In this document: positions 49,777 through 59,610 of the stretch, in pieces
Position numbering within the stretch: position 1 is the stretch's first letter
How the letters are laid out: the number at the start of each line of letters is the position of its first letter
DNA from: Patescibacteria group bacterium
Lineage (GTDB): Bacteria > Patescibacteriota > Patescibacteriia > UBA9934
DNA length: 64,000 bases
Reading direction: 5' to 3'
NCBI GenBank assembly: GCA_041666145.1
Contig: JBAYHK010000004.1
Coordinates: 20,542-84,541, forward strand
Position numbers and translations under genes: made by a program
Notes under the pieces: generated by a model
Told to the model about the DNA's origin: nothing
What the model saw: the letters and a program-made list of their open reading frames with translations, nothing else
Databases searched by the model: none

Positions 49777-52620
49777 TTACTCTATCACAAAATTCACAAG
49801 TCTTCCTTTCACGAAAATAACTTTTTTCGGTTCACCGATGACGTACTTTGCAACGTTCTCTTCTGCTCGAGCTTGCACAACAATTTCTTCTTCAGTCGAT
49901 GCTGCATCTACAACAATCAATCCCCGTACTTTTCCATTGACTTGAATGGCAATTTCAATTTCATCATCCTTCAACATTGTTTCATCAACATCTGGCCATG
50001 ACTGTTCTTCTGCAAATCCCGTGTTACCGATTGACTCCCAAAGTTCATTCGCAACATGCGGCGCAAACGGAACAAGAACTCGCAAAAACATTGCAAACGA
50101 TTCTTTCGTTATCGCTCCCTTCTCCTGCACTACATTCACAAACGTCATCAACTGCGCAACGGCCGTATTAAATCCAAAGCTCTCGATGTCTTTCGTCACT
50201 CTTGCGATCATTTTGTGTAAAGACTTCGTAACTGCCACATCTTCAACATCTCCGATCTTTTCCGAAAGTCTTACAACCTTATCCAAAAATCTCCTCACAC
50301 CGATAACACCATTCGTACTCCATGGCACTGGCTCTTCAAACGGGCCCATGAACACTTCATACACTCGAAGTGTATCCGCACCATGCTCATTCACAATATC
50401 ATCTGGATTCACTACATTCCCCTTCGATTTACTCATCTTCGTTCCATCTTCCGCCATAATCAAACCATGGCTGTGGCGACGAGTATACGGTTCAGATGTT
50501 GGAACGTAGCCTTGGTCGAACAAAAATTTGTTCCAGAAGCGCGAGTAGAGCAAGTGCAGAGTGGTGTGTTCCATGCCGCCGTTATACAAATCGACTGGCA
50601 TCCAATACTTCAACGCCTCTTTCGACGCAAACTCATTCTCATTTTTCGGGTCGATATACCGCAAGAAATACCAGCTCGATCCCGCCCAATTCGGCATGGT
50701 ATCTGTCTCCCGTTTTGCCGGTCCGCCGCATTGCGGACATTTCGTGTTCACAAATGAATCAATCTTCGCCAATGGAGACTCTCCGTTTTCTGTTGGCTGA
50801 TAATTTTCGACTGTTGGCAAAAGAACTGGCAGCTCTTCAACCGGAACCGCAATCCACCCATCCTTCTCTGGCGCACAACCATTTTCACAGTGCACCAAAG
50901 GAATCGGCTCCCCCCAATATCGCTGACGAGAAAAGACCCAGTCACGAAGCTTATACTTTGTGACTACTCGTCCGTGAACAAATTCAAGAATGCTCTTTTT
51001 TACCTCTTCTGAACTCTTCCCATCAAAAATATTTGAGTTCATCATTATTCCCTCTCCGACATACGCATGATTGTCAGAATCAATACGCTCACGCCAAAAA
51101 TCTACTTCTGAACACGTCATCGTTGAACGTGAAATGTCTTTCCAATCCTGCCAGATCACTTCATGCTTCTCTTGCTCTTCTGCACTCATTTCATCTCGCT
51201 CGTCATTTGCAAGCTCGAAATAAACCGCCGTTGTATAACCAAGACGATTCTCGTCTTTATGTGCGGCAAAATATTCTGACTGAACAATTCCACCAAGTAC
51301 CTTTTTCAGAACGAGATTCTTATATCCTGTCTCTTCATAAATCTCACGCTTCACCGCTTCAATAATATCTTCACCTTCTTCGGCGCCACCAATAACAAAT
51401 GACGTCCAAGGCTGCTTTTTCCATTTCAAACACAAAATCTTTTTTGTCTTTGGATCAAGAATGATTCCATGAACCATTCGACGTGTAACTGTTTTTTTAT
51501 CTTTACGAGGAGGATTCTTCTCATCGATAGCAAGCGGCATGACGACTTGAACAATCGGCAAATCAAATTTCTTCGCAAAATCAAAATCACGTTCATCGTG
51601 TGCTGGCACGGCCATAACTGCTCCAGTTCCGTAATGCGCCAAAACATAATCCGCAATCCAGACAGGAACTTTTTCATTGTTCGCGGGATTAATAGCAAAT
51701 GCACCAGTGAACACACCGGTCTTCACTTTTGAATCATCACCACGTTCGATGTCGGTCTTCTTCTTTGCCTCAACGATGTACGCATCAACAGCTGTTCGTT
51801 GATCATCGGAGACTATCGATGAAACGAGGGGATGTTCTGGAGCAAGAACAAGATACGTTGCGCCAAAAATGGTATCTGGACGTGTGGTAAACACCGTAAT
51901 CTTTTCCGACGTGCCATCGATGGTGAAGTCGATCTCTGCGCCTTCACTTCGTCCAATCCATTCTTCCTGCTGCTTCTTAATCTTTGGTAAGTAATTGACT
52001 GTATCAAGATCTGCAAGCAAACGATCAGCGTACTTCGTAATCGCGATCATCCATTGTGACTTCATCTTTTTCTCCACTGGCGTTCCACACCGTTCGCACG
52101 CTCCCCCAACCACTTCTTCATTTGCCAACCCGCACAAATCTTTTGGACACCAATTAATTGCAAGCTCTGTTTTGTATGCCAACCCTGCTTTGAAAAGTTC
52201 CAAAAACATCCATTGCGTCCATTTGTAATATGCAGGGTCGGTAGTGTTCACCTCACGACTCCAGTCAAAACTAAATCCCAAAGACTGAAGCTGTTTACGA
52301 AATGTGTCGATATTTTTCTGTGTAAACGTTCCAGGATGATTCCCAGTTTTAATCGCGTAATTTTCCGCAGGCAATCCAAAGGCATCCCAACCCATGGGAA
52401 ACAGAACATTTTTTCCTTCCATTCGCTTTTTGCGCGCAACAATGTCGAGCGCGGTGTAACTTCGTGGATGACCAACGTGAAGGCCGGCACCAGACGGATA
52501 CGGGAATTCAACAAGAACGTAATATTTCTCCTTTTTCGAACCGTTCTTCGCTTCAAAAACTCCAGAATCTTTCCAACGCTTTTGCCACTTTTCGTCAATA
52601 TTTTTATGGTCGTAAGACAT
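49777..52620 (-). CDS. leuS: Leucine--tRNA ligase with inserted Nudix domain
   Basis: HVGH, FTTRPDT, GTGAVMAVPAHDERD, SRQRYWGEP, KMSKS; Nudix box GGAEEGEDIIEAVKREIYEETGY. Confidence 0.96.
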   Translation of the reverse strand: MSYDHKNIDEKWQKRWKDSGVFEAKNGSKKEKYYVLVEFPYPSGAGLHVGHPRSYTALDIVARKKRMEGKNVLFPMGWDAFGLPAENYAIKTGNHPGTFTQKNIDTFRKQLQSLGFSFDWSREVNTTDPAYYKWTQWMFLELFKAGLAYKTELAINWCPKDLCGLANEEVVGGACERCGTPVEKKMKSQWMIAITKYADRLLADLDTVNYLPKIKKQQEEWIGRSEGAEIDFTIDGTSEKITVFTTRPDTIFGATYLVLAPEHPLVSSIVSDDQRTAVDAYIVEAKKKTDIERGDDSKVKTGVFTGAFAINPANNEKVPVWIADYVLAHYGTGAVMAVPAHDERDFDFAKKFDLPIVQVVMPLAIDEKNPPRKDKKTVTRRMVHGIILDPKTKKILCLKWKKQPWTSFVIGGAEEGEDIIEAVKREIYEETGYKNLVLKKVLGGIVQSEYFAAHKDENRLGYTTAVYFELANDERDEMSAEEQEKHEVIWQDWKDISRSTMTCSEVDFWRERIDSDNHAYVGEGIMMNSNIFDGKSSEEVKKSILEFVHGRVVTKYKLRDWVFSRQRYWGEPIPLVHCENGCAPEKDGWIAVPVEELPVLLPTVENYQPTENGESPLAKIDSFVNTKCPQCGGPAKRETDTMPNWAGSSWYFLRYIDPKNENEFASKEALKYWMPVDLYNGGMEHTTLHLLYSRFWNKFLFDQGYVPTSEPYTRRHSHGLIMAEDGTKMSKSKGNVVNPDDIVNEHGADTLRVYEVFMGPFEEPVPWSTNGVIGVRRFLDKVVRLSEKIGDVEDVAVTKSLHKMIARVTKDIESFGFNTAVAQLMTFVNVVQEKGAITKESFAMFLRVLVPFAPHVANELWESIGNTGFAEEQSWPDVDETMLKDDEIEIAIQVNGKVRGLIVVDAASTEEEIVVQARAEENVAKYVIGEPKKVIFVKGRLVNFVIE

Positions 52621-52677
52621 ATGGTCACCATCGTATCGAGAATGTGCGCTTGGCGCAAAAACACACAAATAAAACTC

Positions 52678-52706
52678 TTGACCTAACAGAAAAAATCGAA
52701 TATCTT
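52678..52706 (+). promoter_or_regulatory. sigma70-type promoter upstream of atypical tRNA
   Basis: TTGACC-17bp-TATCTT. Confidence 0.6.
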
Positions 52707-52829
52707 TTTTATATCAGGTGTGGTGGTAGCCACCATCAAATTCTGGTGTCACAAACATTCCCTACGACGATAATAACGAAAGAAATTTCGCGAAAATCTC
52801 GTAGGGAATTTTGTTTACATGGGGCCTGT

Positions 52830-52905
52830 GGGCCGATAGTGGTAAAGGCAACCACACTTGATTTGACACCAGGAGTCACGGGTTCGAGTCCCGTTCGGTC
52901 CACCA
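52830..52905 (+). tRNA. Atypical tRNA: Ala-type acceptor (G3.U70, A73), anticodon loop TT-TGA-CA, short variable loop
   Basis: GGGCCGA/TCGGTCC-ACCA; GTGG/CCAC D arm; CTTGA-TTTGACA-CCAGG; ACGGG-TTCGAGT-CCCGT; 76 nt. Confidence 0.75.
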
Positions 52906-52924
52906 AACGTAGCCCCGACCAACC

Positions 52925-52960
52925 AATCCCGCTTCAGAAAAGCGGGATTGTGTTTTTACT
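52925..52960 (+). terminator. Intrinsic terminator after atypical tRNA
   Basis: AATCCCGCTT-CAGAA-AAGCGGGATT followed by T-rich tract. Confidence 0.7.
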
Positions 52961-53024
52961 TCAAAACAAAAACCGCCCCCACTGTCACCACGTGGAAGCG
53001 GTCGACAGTGAAGGCGGAGCGTGA

Positions 53025-54254
53025 CTAACTCAGTCTCGTCACCCCGCGTCTCCGGTCGAGCATCATCTGAACTCGCGGAGGCAGCAGGAACAGCGCGATA
53101 ACAGATTCTTCAAGCGGCATCCCGAGAGACAGGCCGCAAGCAGCGAGGGAATCCCTGATGCGAGGAAGCGCCTTGACGCTGAATCCGTTACCCGCAGTCA
53201 TGATGCCCTCAGTGCACTGCACAAGCTGCCCGATTCGCAAGATGCCTGCTTTGACAAGGCGTTCCTCTCCACGAACCGAGAGATCGAGCTCCGAAACAGA
53301 ACAATGCAGCTTCATGATCAGCTTCTGCCTCTCAACTCTACGCAGCTCTTCTCCAGCAGAACCATCCCTCATCGTCGTAACGAGAGCCTCATTATCCGCA
53401 CGAAGACGCTCGACCTCTTTCTTAAGCTCCAGATTCCGCGCGTGCACTCTGCTGAAGCTTTCAAAGTACGGAACGAGCATTCCAATCCGCCAGTCCTTGC
53501 GCAGTTCAGCCATCCCGGAATTGAGAGCCTCGAGAACTTCTTCTCTGGTAATCCTCAATTTGGATCCGATCTTAGCAGGGTCTTTCGACCCAATACGATC
53601 CAGAGCAAAGCGATGGGCGATAACATCCTGTTGACGCTGTGTGAAGAATTCTTGACTGCTCATCCAGCCGTTAAGGAGGTAGCGCAAGTCGATAGAAACT
53701 GTTGGCATAACGGCGGAATAGACACACAACGCCGAGAACATATCCGCGAGGCACTCGATTGCTTCGTTCGCGCTTTCTGGAGCGGGAATAGAACCCTTGT
53801 CCACGCCATCAAGATACTCACTCCAAACATCGAACTCATCGATGCCGCTTACGAACTTAAGGCCGAGAATCGCAACCGCGAGATCAACGTACGGCTGGAG
53901 AATGGGCGCACATCTCGGCCTGCACAGAAGCGTGAAGCTTTCTTCCATGGCCCGAACCGCCGTCTTGATCTTATCGATCTCAAGAAGAACTTCGATCGCT
54001 GCCCTTGCCTGATTGAAGACTTCGCCAGGACCATTGGAATCCTTCACTCTCCAGACCCAATGCTCAAACGTTTCCCTGTAGACTTCTTTCTTTCTGAAGC
54101 CATGCTTGCCGATCTCAAGATTCAAGCAAAGACGCTCCACCGTCGGCACTGGCTGTTCAATCGCCCTGGCGATGGTGGGAATTTTCCACCCAAAGCCTAC
54201 AAGCAAAGGAACCACTTCCACAGAAAATTTTACTGGAACTTTACGAACCGGCAT
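53025..54254 (-). CDS. ORFan with sigma70 region-4-like HTH, coiled coil and C-terminal RNAP alpha-CTD-like domain (SD-led cassette)
   Basis: TQRQQDVIAHRFAL..IGSKLRITREEV; SVSELDLSVRGEERLVKAGILRIGQLVQ..IRDSLAACGLSLGM; AAGGAGG SD; TGGACA-17-TACTCT promoter. Confidence 0.8.
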   Translation of the reverse strand: MPVRKVPVKFSVEVVPLLVGFGWKIPTIARAIEQPVPTVERLCLNLEIGKHGFRKKEVYRETFEHWVWRVKDSNGPGEVFNQARAAIEVLLEIDKIKTAVRAMEESFTLLCRPRCAPILQPYVDLAVAILGLKFVSGIDEFDVWSEYLDGVDKGSIPAPESANEAIECLADMFSALCVYSAVMPTVSIDLRYLLNGWMSSQEFFTQRQQDVIAHRFALDRIGSKDPAKIGSKLRITREEVLEALNSGMAELRKDWRIGMLVPYFESFSRVHARNLELKKEVERLRADNEALVTTMRDGSAGEELRRVERQKLIMKLHCSVSELDLSVRGEERLVKAGILRIGQLVQCTEGIMTAGNGFSVKALPRIRDSLAACGLSLGMPLEESVIALFLLPPRVQMMLDRRRGVTRLS

Positions 54255-54396
54255 CACTTCCTCCTTTTTCGCGGTTTGCAACAGAAAATCTGTCACGAAA
54301 ACCGACTGGGAAGAGTAATGGAAAATCTCTTTTCTGTCCAATAAATACCCAAAAAAAAGACACCCGACTCAGCGAGTGTCTTTCTTGTTTGAATCT

Positions 54397-55605
54397 CTAC
54401 GCCGTCTTTGGCATTGCGGCTTCAAGCCGCTCTAGGGCAAGGAGAAATGCGGCACGACGGAAGTCGGTGTTGTATTTCGCCTTTCGATCTGCAATTTCTT
54501 TTGCTGCAGATTCCATGGTTTCTTTTAACTTTGTATGAACGTCTTCTGCGGTCCAACGTTCATTCTTCATGTTCTGTTCCCATTCAAAGTAACTCACCGT
54601 TACCCCGCCAGCATTTGTCAAAATGTCTGGAACCACCATGATGTTTCGTGCGAACAAAATGTCGTCTGCTTCTGGATTGGTTGGGCCGTTTGCGAGTTCG
54701 AGCACAACCTTCGCCTGAATGCGTTCTGCATTATTTTTTGTAATCTGCCCTTCGAGCGCTGCTGGAACAAGCACGTCACATTTCACTTCGAGCAGTTCCT
54801 CGTTCGTGATGTTCGTTGCGCCAGAAAAATCTTGTACCTTCCCAGTCGCCTTCTTGTGCGCCGATAGGGCCGGGATGTCTAATCCTTCTGAATTGTAAAC
54901 TCCCCCGGAAGAGTCTGAAACCGCAACCACTTTCAATCCATGTTCAAATGCCAACGTTGCAAAGTTCGCTCCTGCATTTCCAAATCCCTGAAGTGCAAGC
55001 GTTGCATGTTCATCAAGCCCAAACGTTGGACGAAGTGCTTCGAAAACAAACCACCCACCCATTGCCGTCGCCGTATCTCGTCCAAGACTTCCACCATGCT
55101 CAATAGATTTTCCCGTAATCACTGCAGGATGACCGAACTCCTCTGCAATAATGTCCATGTCATGACTGTTGGTGTTCACGTCTGGTGCTGGAACATCGAT
55201 GGTTGGGCCAATAAATGGTTTCATAACTTTTGCCCAAGCCAATGTGATCGCATCGCGCTCTCTCGGCAATAACGTCTTTGGGTCCATGGTGACTCCACCC
55301 TTTCCTCCGCCCATCGGAATCCCCACCACCGCAGTCTTCATAGTCATCCACGCCGCAAGTGCACGAACTTCGTCAATATCAACCTGAGCGTGATAACGAA
55401 TTCCACCCTTAAACGGTCCACGCCAATTGTTGTGCTGCACACGGTAAACGTTGAACTCGCGAACAGATCCGTCGTCCATGGTGACCGAAATCATTTGATT
55501 AATTTCTCGCATTGGCATCTGAATTGCCCTTAAAAAGTCCTCAGAAAATGGACGAAGTGCCGCGGCCCTATCAACCTGATAGTGAAAGGATTCAAAAGGA
55601 TTCAT
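54397..55605 (-). CDS. gdhA: Glu/Leu/Phe/Val dehydrogenase (glutamate dehydrogenase-like)
   Basis: GPFKGGIRY, GGGKGG, DVPAPDVNT, QGFGNAG, NAGGVTVSYFEW. Confidence 0.92.
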   Translation of the reverse strand: MNPFESFHYQVDRAAALRPFSEDFLRAIQMPMREINQMISVTMDDGSVREFNVYRVQHNNWRGPFKGGIRYHAQVDIDEVRALAAWMTMKTAVVGIPMGGGKGGVTMDPKTLLPRERDAITLAWAKVMKPFIGPTIDVPAPDVNTNSHDMDIIAEEFGHPAVITGKSIEHGGSLGRDTATAMGGWFVFEALRPTFGLDEHATLALQGFGNAGANFATLAFEHGLKVVAVSDSSGGVYNSEGLDIPALSAHKKATGKVQDFSGATNITNEELLEVKCDVLVPAALEGQITKNNAERIQAKVVLELANGPTNPEADDILFARNIMVVPDILTNAGGVTVSYFEWEQNMKNERWTAEDVHTKLKETMESAAKEIADRKAKYNTDFRRAAFLLALERLEAAMPKTA

Positions 55606-55676
55606 AGACCACAAATGTTAGCAGAAGTTCTTGCAGAGTCTAGCAAGATAATCCCAAGTCATTTACACTCAAAACC

Positions 55677-56570
55677 ATGCTTCCTCAAGAACTTCTCAAT
55701 CGCCTTGCAAAACAATTCGGATACGCCGCAGTCGCCACAATGACTACGGCAATGAAGGGCGAACGGCTCACAACATGCAGAGTGAACACACTCAAAAGTG
55801 ACGACTCTGCAGTCATGCAGATTTTTCGAGACACCGCGATTCAATTTGAACGAGTCAAGGGAATTCCCCATGCATTCTTCATCAAAAACAAAACGCAACG
55901 ACAACTTCTTGAGATGCCAATCGTTACCAGCGGAAAAATCTATCTTCAAGGATTGACGTCAATGCTGCCTCCAATCGTGCTCGACCCAAAACCTGGCCAA
56001 ACAATTCTTGATCTTTGCGCTGCGCCAGGAAGTAAAACAACGCAGATCGCCGCACTCATGGACAATCGCGGCACCATCATCGCCTGCGAAGAGAACGCGG
56101 TACGCGTTGAAAAACTTCGAAATACCGTTCACACACAGGGCGCCAACGTTGACGTTCGTTGCGCAGATTCCACAGTTCTTCACCACGAACTTCCAGAATT
56201 CTTTGACAGTATTCTTGCTGACGTTCCTTGCTCTGCCGAAGGCCGCATGAATCTTTCCGACGTTCGTTCATACAGCTTTTGGAGTGAAAAAAACATTATC
56301 GCCCACGCAAAACTTCAGCGCCGACTTCTCCGCTCCGCAGTCACCATGCTCAAGCCTGGCGGAACGCTTGTGTATTCCACCTGCACGCTTGCTCCAGCCG
56401 AAAACGAAGAAATGATTGCCTGGCTTCTTTCCGAATTCCCTTCTCTTTCTGCAGAATCAATAGCGCTTCCATTCCCCGGAATCGTTCACAAACCAACAAA
56501 ATCTGTCACCCTTTTGCCAACCAAACAGTACGAAGGGTTCTTTGTGGCAAAGATGAGGAAGACAAAGTAA
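55677..56570 (+). CDS. RsmB/RsmF(NOP2)-family RNA m5C methyltransferase
   Basis: LDLCAAPGSKTTQ, ADVPCSAEG, LVYSTCT, EGFFVA. Confidence 0.93.
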   Translation: MLPQELLNRLAKQFGYAAVATMTTAMKGERLTTCRVNTLKSDDSAVMQIFRDTAIQFERVKGIPHAFFIKNKTQRQLLEMPIVTSGKIYLQGLTSMLPPIVLDPKPGQTILDLCAAPGSKTTQIAALMDNRGTIIACEENAVRVEKLRNTVHTQGANVDVRCADSTVLHHELPEFFDSILADVPCSAEGRMNLSDVRSYSFWSEKNIIAHAKLQRRLLRSAVTMLKPGGTLVYSTCTLAPAENEEMIAWLLSEFPSLSAESIALPFPGIVHKPTKSVTLLPTKQYEGFFVAKMRKTK

Positions 56571-56637
56571 TTCTTGCCAATCACTCAAAAGTCCTGTTCA
56601 CTGACGCGGTCCAATCCCTGGGCAACGGAGAGCAAAA

Positions 56638-57375
56638 ATGTCATTCGAAATCATCAAACGCTTCCAACGTCTTCCGAATATCCCAGAAAACAAAAAAGCA
56701 TCATGGCGGTGGTTCGCCGATGAAGAAGAGATCTTTCCTCGACGCCACCTGGTCGGATTCCTAGATCTTCCAAATCGCCCACAACTCGTAGTTACCTACG
56801 GATGGATCGACGACGGCAACTTCGCCTATGACGGCATCGCTCACACGAGCTTTGGCGGCGGCGGAGTCCTCGTCATTCCCTTCGTCATCGCCAACGAAGA
56901 ACTCTGGGTATTCACCATCCGACAGTATCGACTGTTCACGGGGCAGAAACTTCTCACCTTCCCACGTGGCTACAAACCTTCAGGAGTCTCGTTCGCACAA
57001 CATGCCGCGACTGAACTCGCTGAAGAACTCGGACAACTGAAGCCAGGACAGATAAATGGGAAACAGTTCTCTCTTTCCGACACACCGACGTGGAGCTCGT
57101 CACACATCATTGACTGGAGGCCGCTCCCGGACGAAGAAAGCCCTGGGGAATACCAGTTCGGCATCGAACTTAACGAACAGTTCATGACGTTCGACGAAGA
57201 AGGGCGACCAATGCTCGCGGCAGGTACGTTTGCTCCAGGCGACCCGCTCGAAGCCGTGACCATGGGCGAAGCGAAGCTGTGGTGGGAAATAGCCGCTGAG
57301 CGTGAAGGCTGCCTCGGCGGTTCAATGCTTCGTCTCATGGCGTGGCTGCGCAAACATCGAGGCATGCGGTTCTAG
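56638..57375 (+). CDS. Divergent Nudix-like ORFan (SD-led cassette)
   Basis: IRQYR...FPRGYKPSGVSFAQHAATELAEELG; GGAG SD; terminator at ~57396-57428. Confidence 0.72.
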   Translation: MSFEIIKRFQRLPNIPENKKASWRWFADEEEIFPRRHLVGFLDLPNRPQLVVTYGWIDDGNFAYDGIAHTSFGGGGVLVIPFVIANEELWVFTIRQYRLFTGQKLLTFPRGYKPSGVSFAQHAATELAEELGQLKPGQINGKQFSLSDTPTWSSSHIIDWRPLPDEESPGEYQFGIELNEQFMTFDEEGRPMLAAGTFAPGDPLEAVTMGEAKLWWEIAAEREGCLGGSMLRLMAWLRKHRGMRF

Positions 57376-57558
57376 GACAACAAGTCACAACGTGCGACGC
57401 CGTTGGCCTTTGGCTGGCGGCGTTTTTGTGTGGGGATTTCTTGATTTCCAAATCCGAACAAAAACCGTACAGTGTAAATATAACCTCGACGATAGAAACC
57501 TCTGCAATCGTCGAGAGATCCTCCGGCATTCGCTGCAGGATGGTGGAACAAATACCAT

Positions 57559-58038
57559 ATGAAACGCTCAACACTCTGTTACTGCATCCAAAACAATCAA
57601 GTTCTTCTTGGAATGAAAAGACGCGGATTTGGTGAGGGAAAATGGAACGGCTATGGCGGCAAAGTTACAGAAGAAGAGACTCCGCGCGCTGCCGCCGTTC
57701 GAGAATTGTTCGAAGAATCTGGACTTTCGGCGTCTGAAGATGCGGTAGAACAAGTAGCACTAATCCAATTCTATTTTGAAGAAACTCCAGTCTTCGAATG
57801 TTTTATTTTTCTTCTCAAACATTGGAACGGAACACCAACCCAAACCGAAGAGATGACCCCGCAATGGTTTCCGGTCTCAGGGCTTCCATTCGATCAAATG
57901 TGGATTGCAGACAGGCAGTGGATTCCAATGATCCTTTCTGGAAAGAAAATAAAAGGAAAGGTTACGTTCAGCGCAGATGGATCCGAGCTAAGAGATTCTC
58001 TTTATAACGAATGCGATTTTTCTTATGGATCTCTTTGA
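57559..58038 (+). CDS. 8-oxo-dGTP diphosphatase (MTH1-like Nudix)
   Basis: LLGMKRRGFGEGKWNGYGGKV..AAVRELFEESGL, TEEMTPQWF, MWIAD. Confidence 0.92.
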   Translation: MKRSTLCYCIQNNQVLLGMKRRGFGEGKWNGYGGKVTEEETPRAAAVRELFEESGLSASEDAVEQVALIQFYFEETPVFECFIFLLKHWNGTPTQTEEMTPQWFPVSGLPFDQMWIADRQWIPMILSGKKIKGKVTFSADGSELRDSLYNECDFSYGSL

Positions 58039-59299
58039 TTCTGTACTTACAAAACCGTCGCCAAATACGCCGTTGGCCGAAAGAATGAGGCCAAAAACAT
58101 TGGAGGAATTTGAAGGGCAACAAGAAATCATTGGGCCAGGGTCACCGTTGCATACGGCGATTGTAAATGATGATTTGCCGTCATTAATGCTTTGGGGTCC
58201 GCCAGGGACGGGAAAAACAACACTCGCAAGAATCATCGCAACAATGACGAAGGCGCGATTTGTTCCCTTTTCTGCGGTTGGTGGAAGTGTGAAGGATGTG
58301 CGCACGATTATCGAACAGGCAGAAACAGACAGAAAGTTTTACAAACGAAAAACCATCCTTTTCGTTGACGAGATTCATCGATTCAACAAGTCGCAACAAG
58401 ATGCCTTTCTGCCATCTGTTGAAAATGGGACTGTCATTCTTATTGGCGCAACAACGGAGAATCCTTCCTTCGCGGTGAACGGCGCATTGCTTTCACGATC
58501 TCGAGTTATCGTGCTGAAACAACTTAAACCAGAATCGATAGTGACCATACTCAAACGAGCACTAAACGATGTTGAATGCGGATTTGGAAAAGAAAAAATC
58601 ACCATTGAACCAGACGCAATCGAACTGCTCGCAAACTTTGCGAATGGCGACGCACGGTCTGCGCTGAACACGCTCGACCTGGCAGTGAAGACAGCGAGAA
58701 CCCAATCAGAGTCTTCATCGAAAAAGAATGAGGTCACAGTCACTGCCGACCTGATCAAAACTGCACTCGCAAAGTCGCATCTGCATTACGACAAAAACGG
58801 TGAGGAGCATTACAACATTATCTCCGCCCTTCATAAGTCGATGCGCGGCAATAACGCGAATGCAGCACTGTACTGGATGGGACGGATGCTCCTTTCTGGC
58901 GAAGATCCACGCTACATCACCCGTCGACTTATTCGATTTGCCAGTGAAGACATCGGGCTTGCAGACCCGAATGCACTTGTTCAAGCAATCGCCGCACATG
59001 ACGCTGCTGGTTCTATCGGAATGCCAGAATGCAACGTCAACATTGCGCAATGCGTGGCATATCTTTCCAAGGCACCGAAATCGAACGCGCTTTACGAAGC
59101 ATGGCAAGCAATCGAGCAGGATATTCTCGAGCTTCCAAATGAACCTGTACCAATTCATCTCAGAAATGCACCAACCAAACTCATGAAAAATCTTGGATAC
59201 GGCAAAGACTACAAATACACACCGAATTTTTTAGATCCAAAAGATGCAAAGCAAGATTATCTACCAGAGAAATTGAAAAAGAGAAAATATCTAAAATAA
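58025..59299 (+). CDS. rarA: Replication-associated recombination protein A
   Basis: PLAERMRP, GPPGTGKTT, DEIHRFNKSQQD, SALHKSMRG, VPIHLRNAPT. Confidence 0.96.
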   Translation: MDLFDSVLTKPSPNTPLAERMRPKTLEEFEGQQEIIGPGSPLHTAIVNDDLPSLMLWGPPGTGKTTLARIIATMTKARFVPFSAVGGSVKDVRTIIEQAETDRKFYKRKTILFVDEIHRFNKSQQDAFLPSVENGTVILIGATTENPSFAVNGALLSRSRVIVLKQLKPESIVTILKRALNDVECGFGKEKITIEPDAIELLANFANGDARSALNTLDLAVKTARTQSESSSKKNEVTVTADLIKTALAKSHLHYDKNGEEHYNIISALHKSMRGNNANAALYWMGRMLLSGEDPRYITRRLIRFASEDIGLADPNALVQAIAAHDAAGSIGMPECNVNIAQCVAYLSKAPKSNALYEAWQAIEQDILELPNEPVPIHLRNAPTKLMKNLGYGKDYKYTPNFLDPKDAKQDYLPEKLKKRKYLK

Positions 59300-59610
59300 A
59301 ATGCACCAGGTCCAGAGGCGCGCAACGAGACTGCTCGTTCATCAGCCTCGGTTTCAAGAGGCGCCTTCCAATGGACCTGGCACAAGCGACGCTCGACACG
59401 GTGATCGAGCGAGAGAGCTTCGTGTTTTAGAGATCTTATCTATCTGAAGTGGCCAAGCAAAGGGCACGTGGGTGAAGAGGCTCTTCAGACAAACATGATA
59501 CTCACAAAACACGAAGGCTAACGGGGCAAGTCCTATTTGCGTTCACTGAATCTAGTCGCTCTGTGAAATCGTGGGGAGAGCTCCGATTGTGAATAGGCTG
59601 GACTCGCAAC
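59300..59610 (-). ncRNA. Orphan ~300-nt structured RNA candidate
   Basis: TTGCTT-17-TACATT promoter at 59614-59642; several long stems; terminator-like final hairpin plus T tract; no credible ORF. Confidence 0.5.

Noticed and set aside
52821-52915. tmRNA interpretation (G3.U70, GATTTGAC)
   Set aside because: Folds as a complete 76-nt cloverleaf with D stem; no tag reading frame or second piece seen
53304-54344. 346-aa plus-strand ORF
   Set aside because: Antisense to the sigma4/alpha-CTD gene, which has SD, promoter and recognisable domains
59300-59610. RNase P, SRP or group I intron identity
   Set aside because: No GAGGAAAGTCC, SRP domain IV or intron core motifs recognised on either strand
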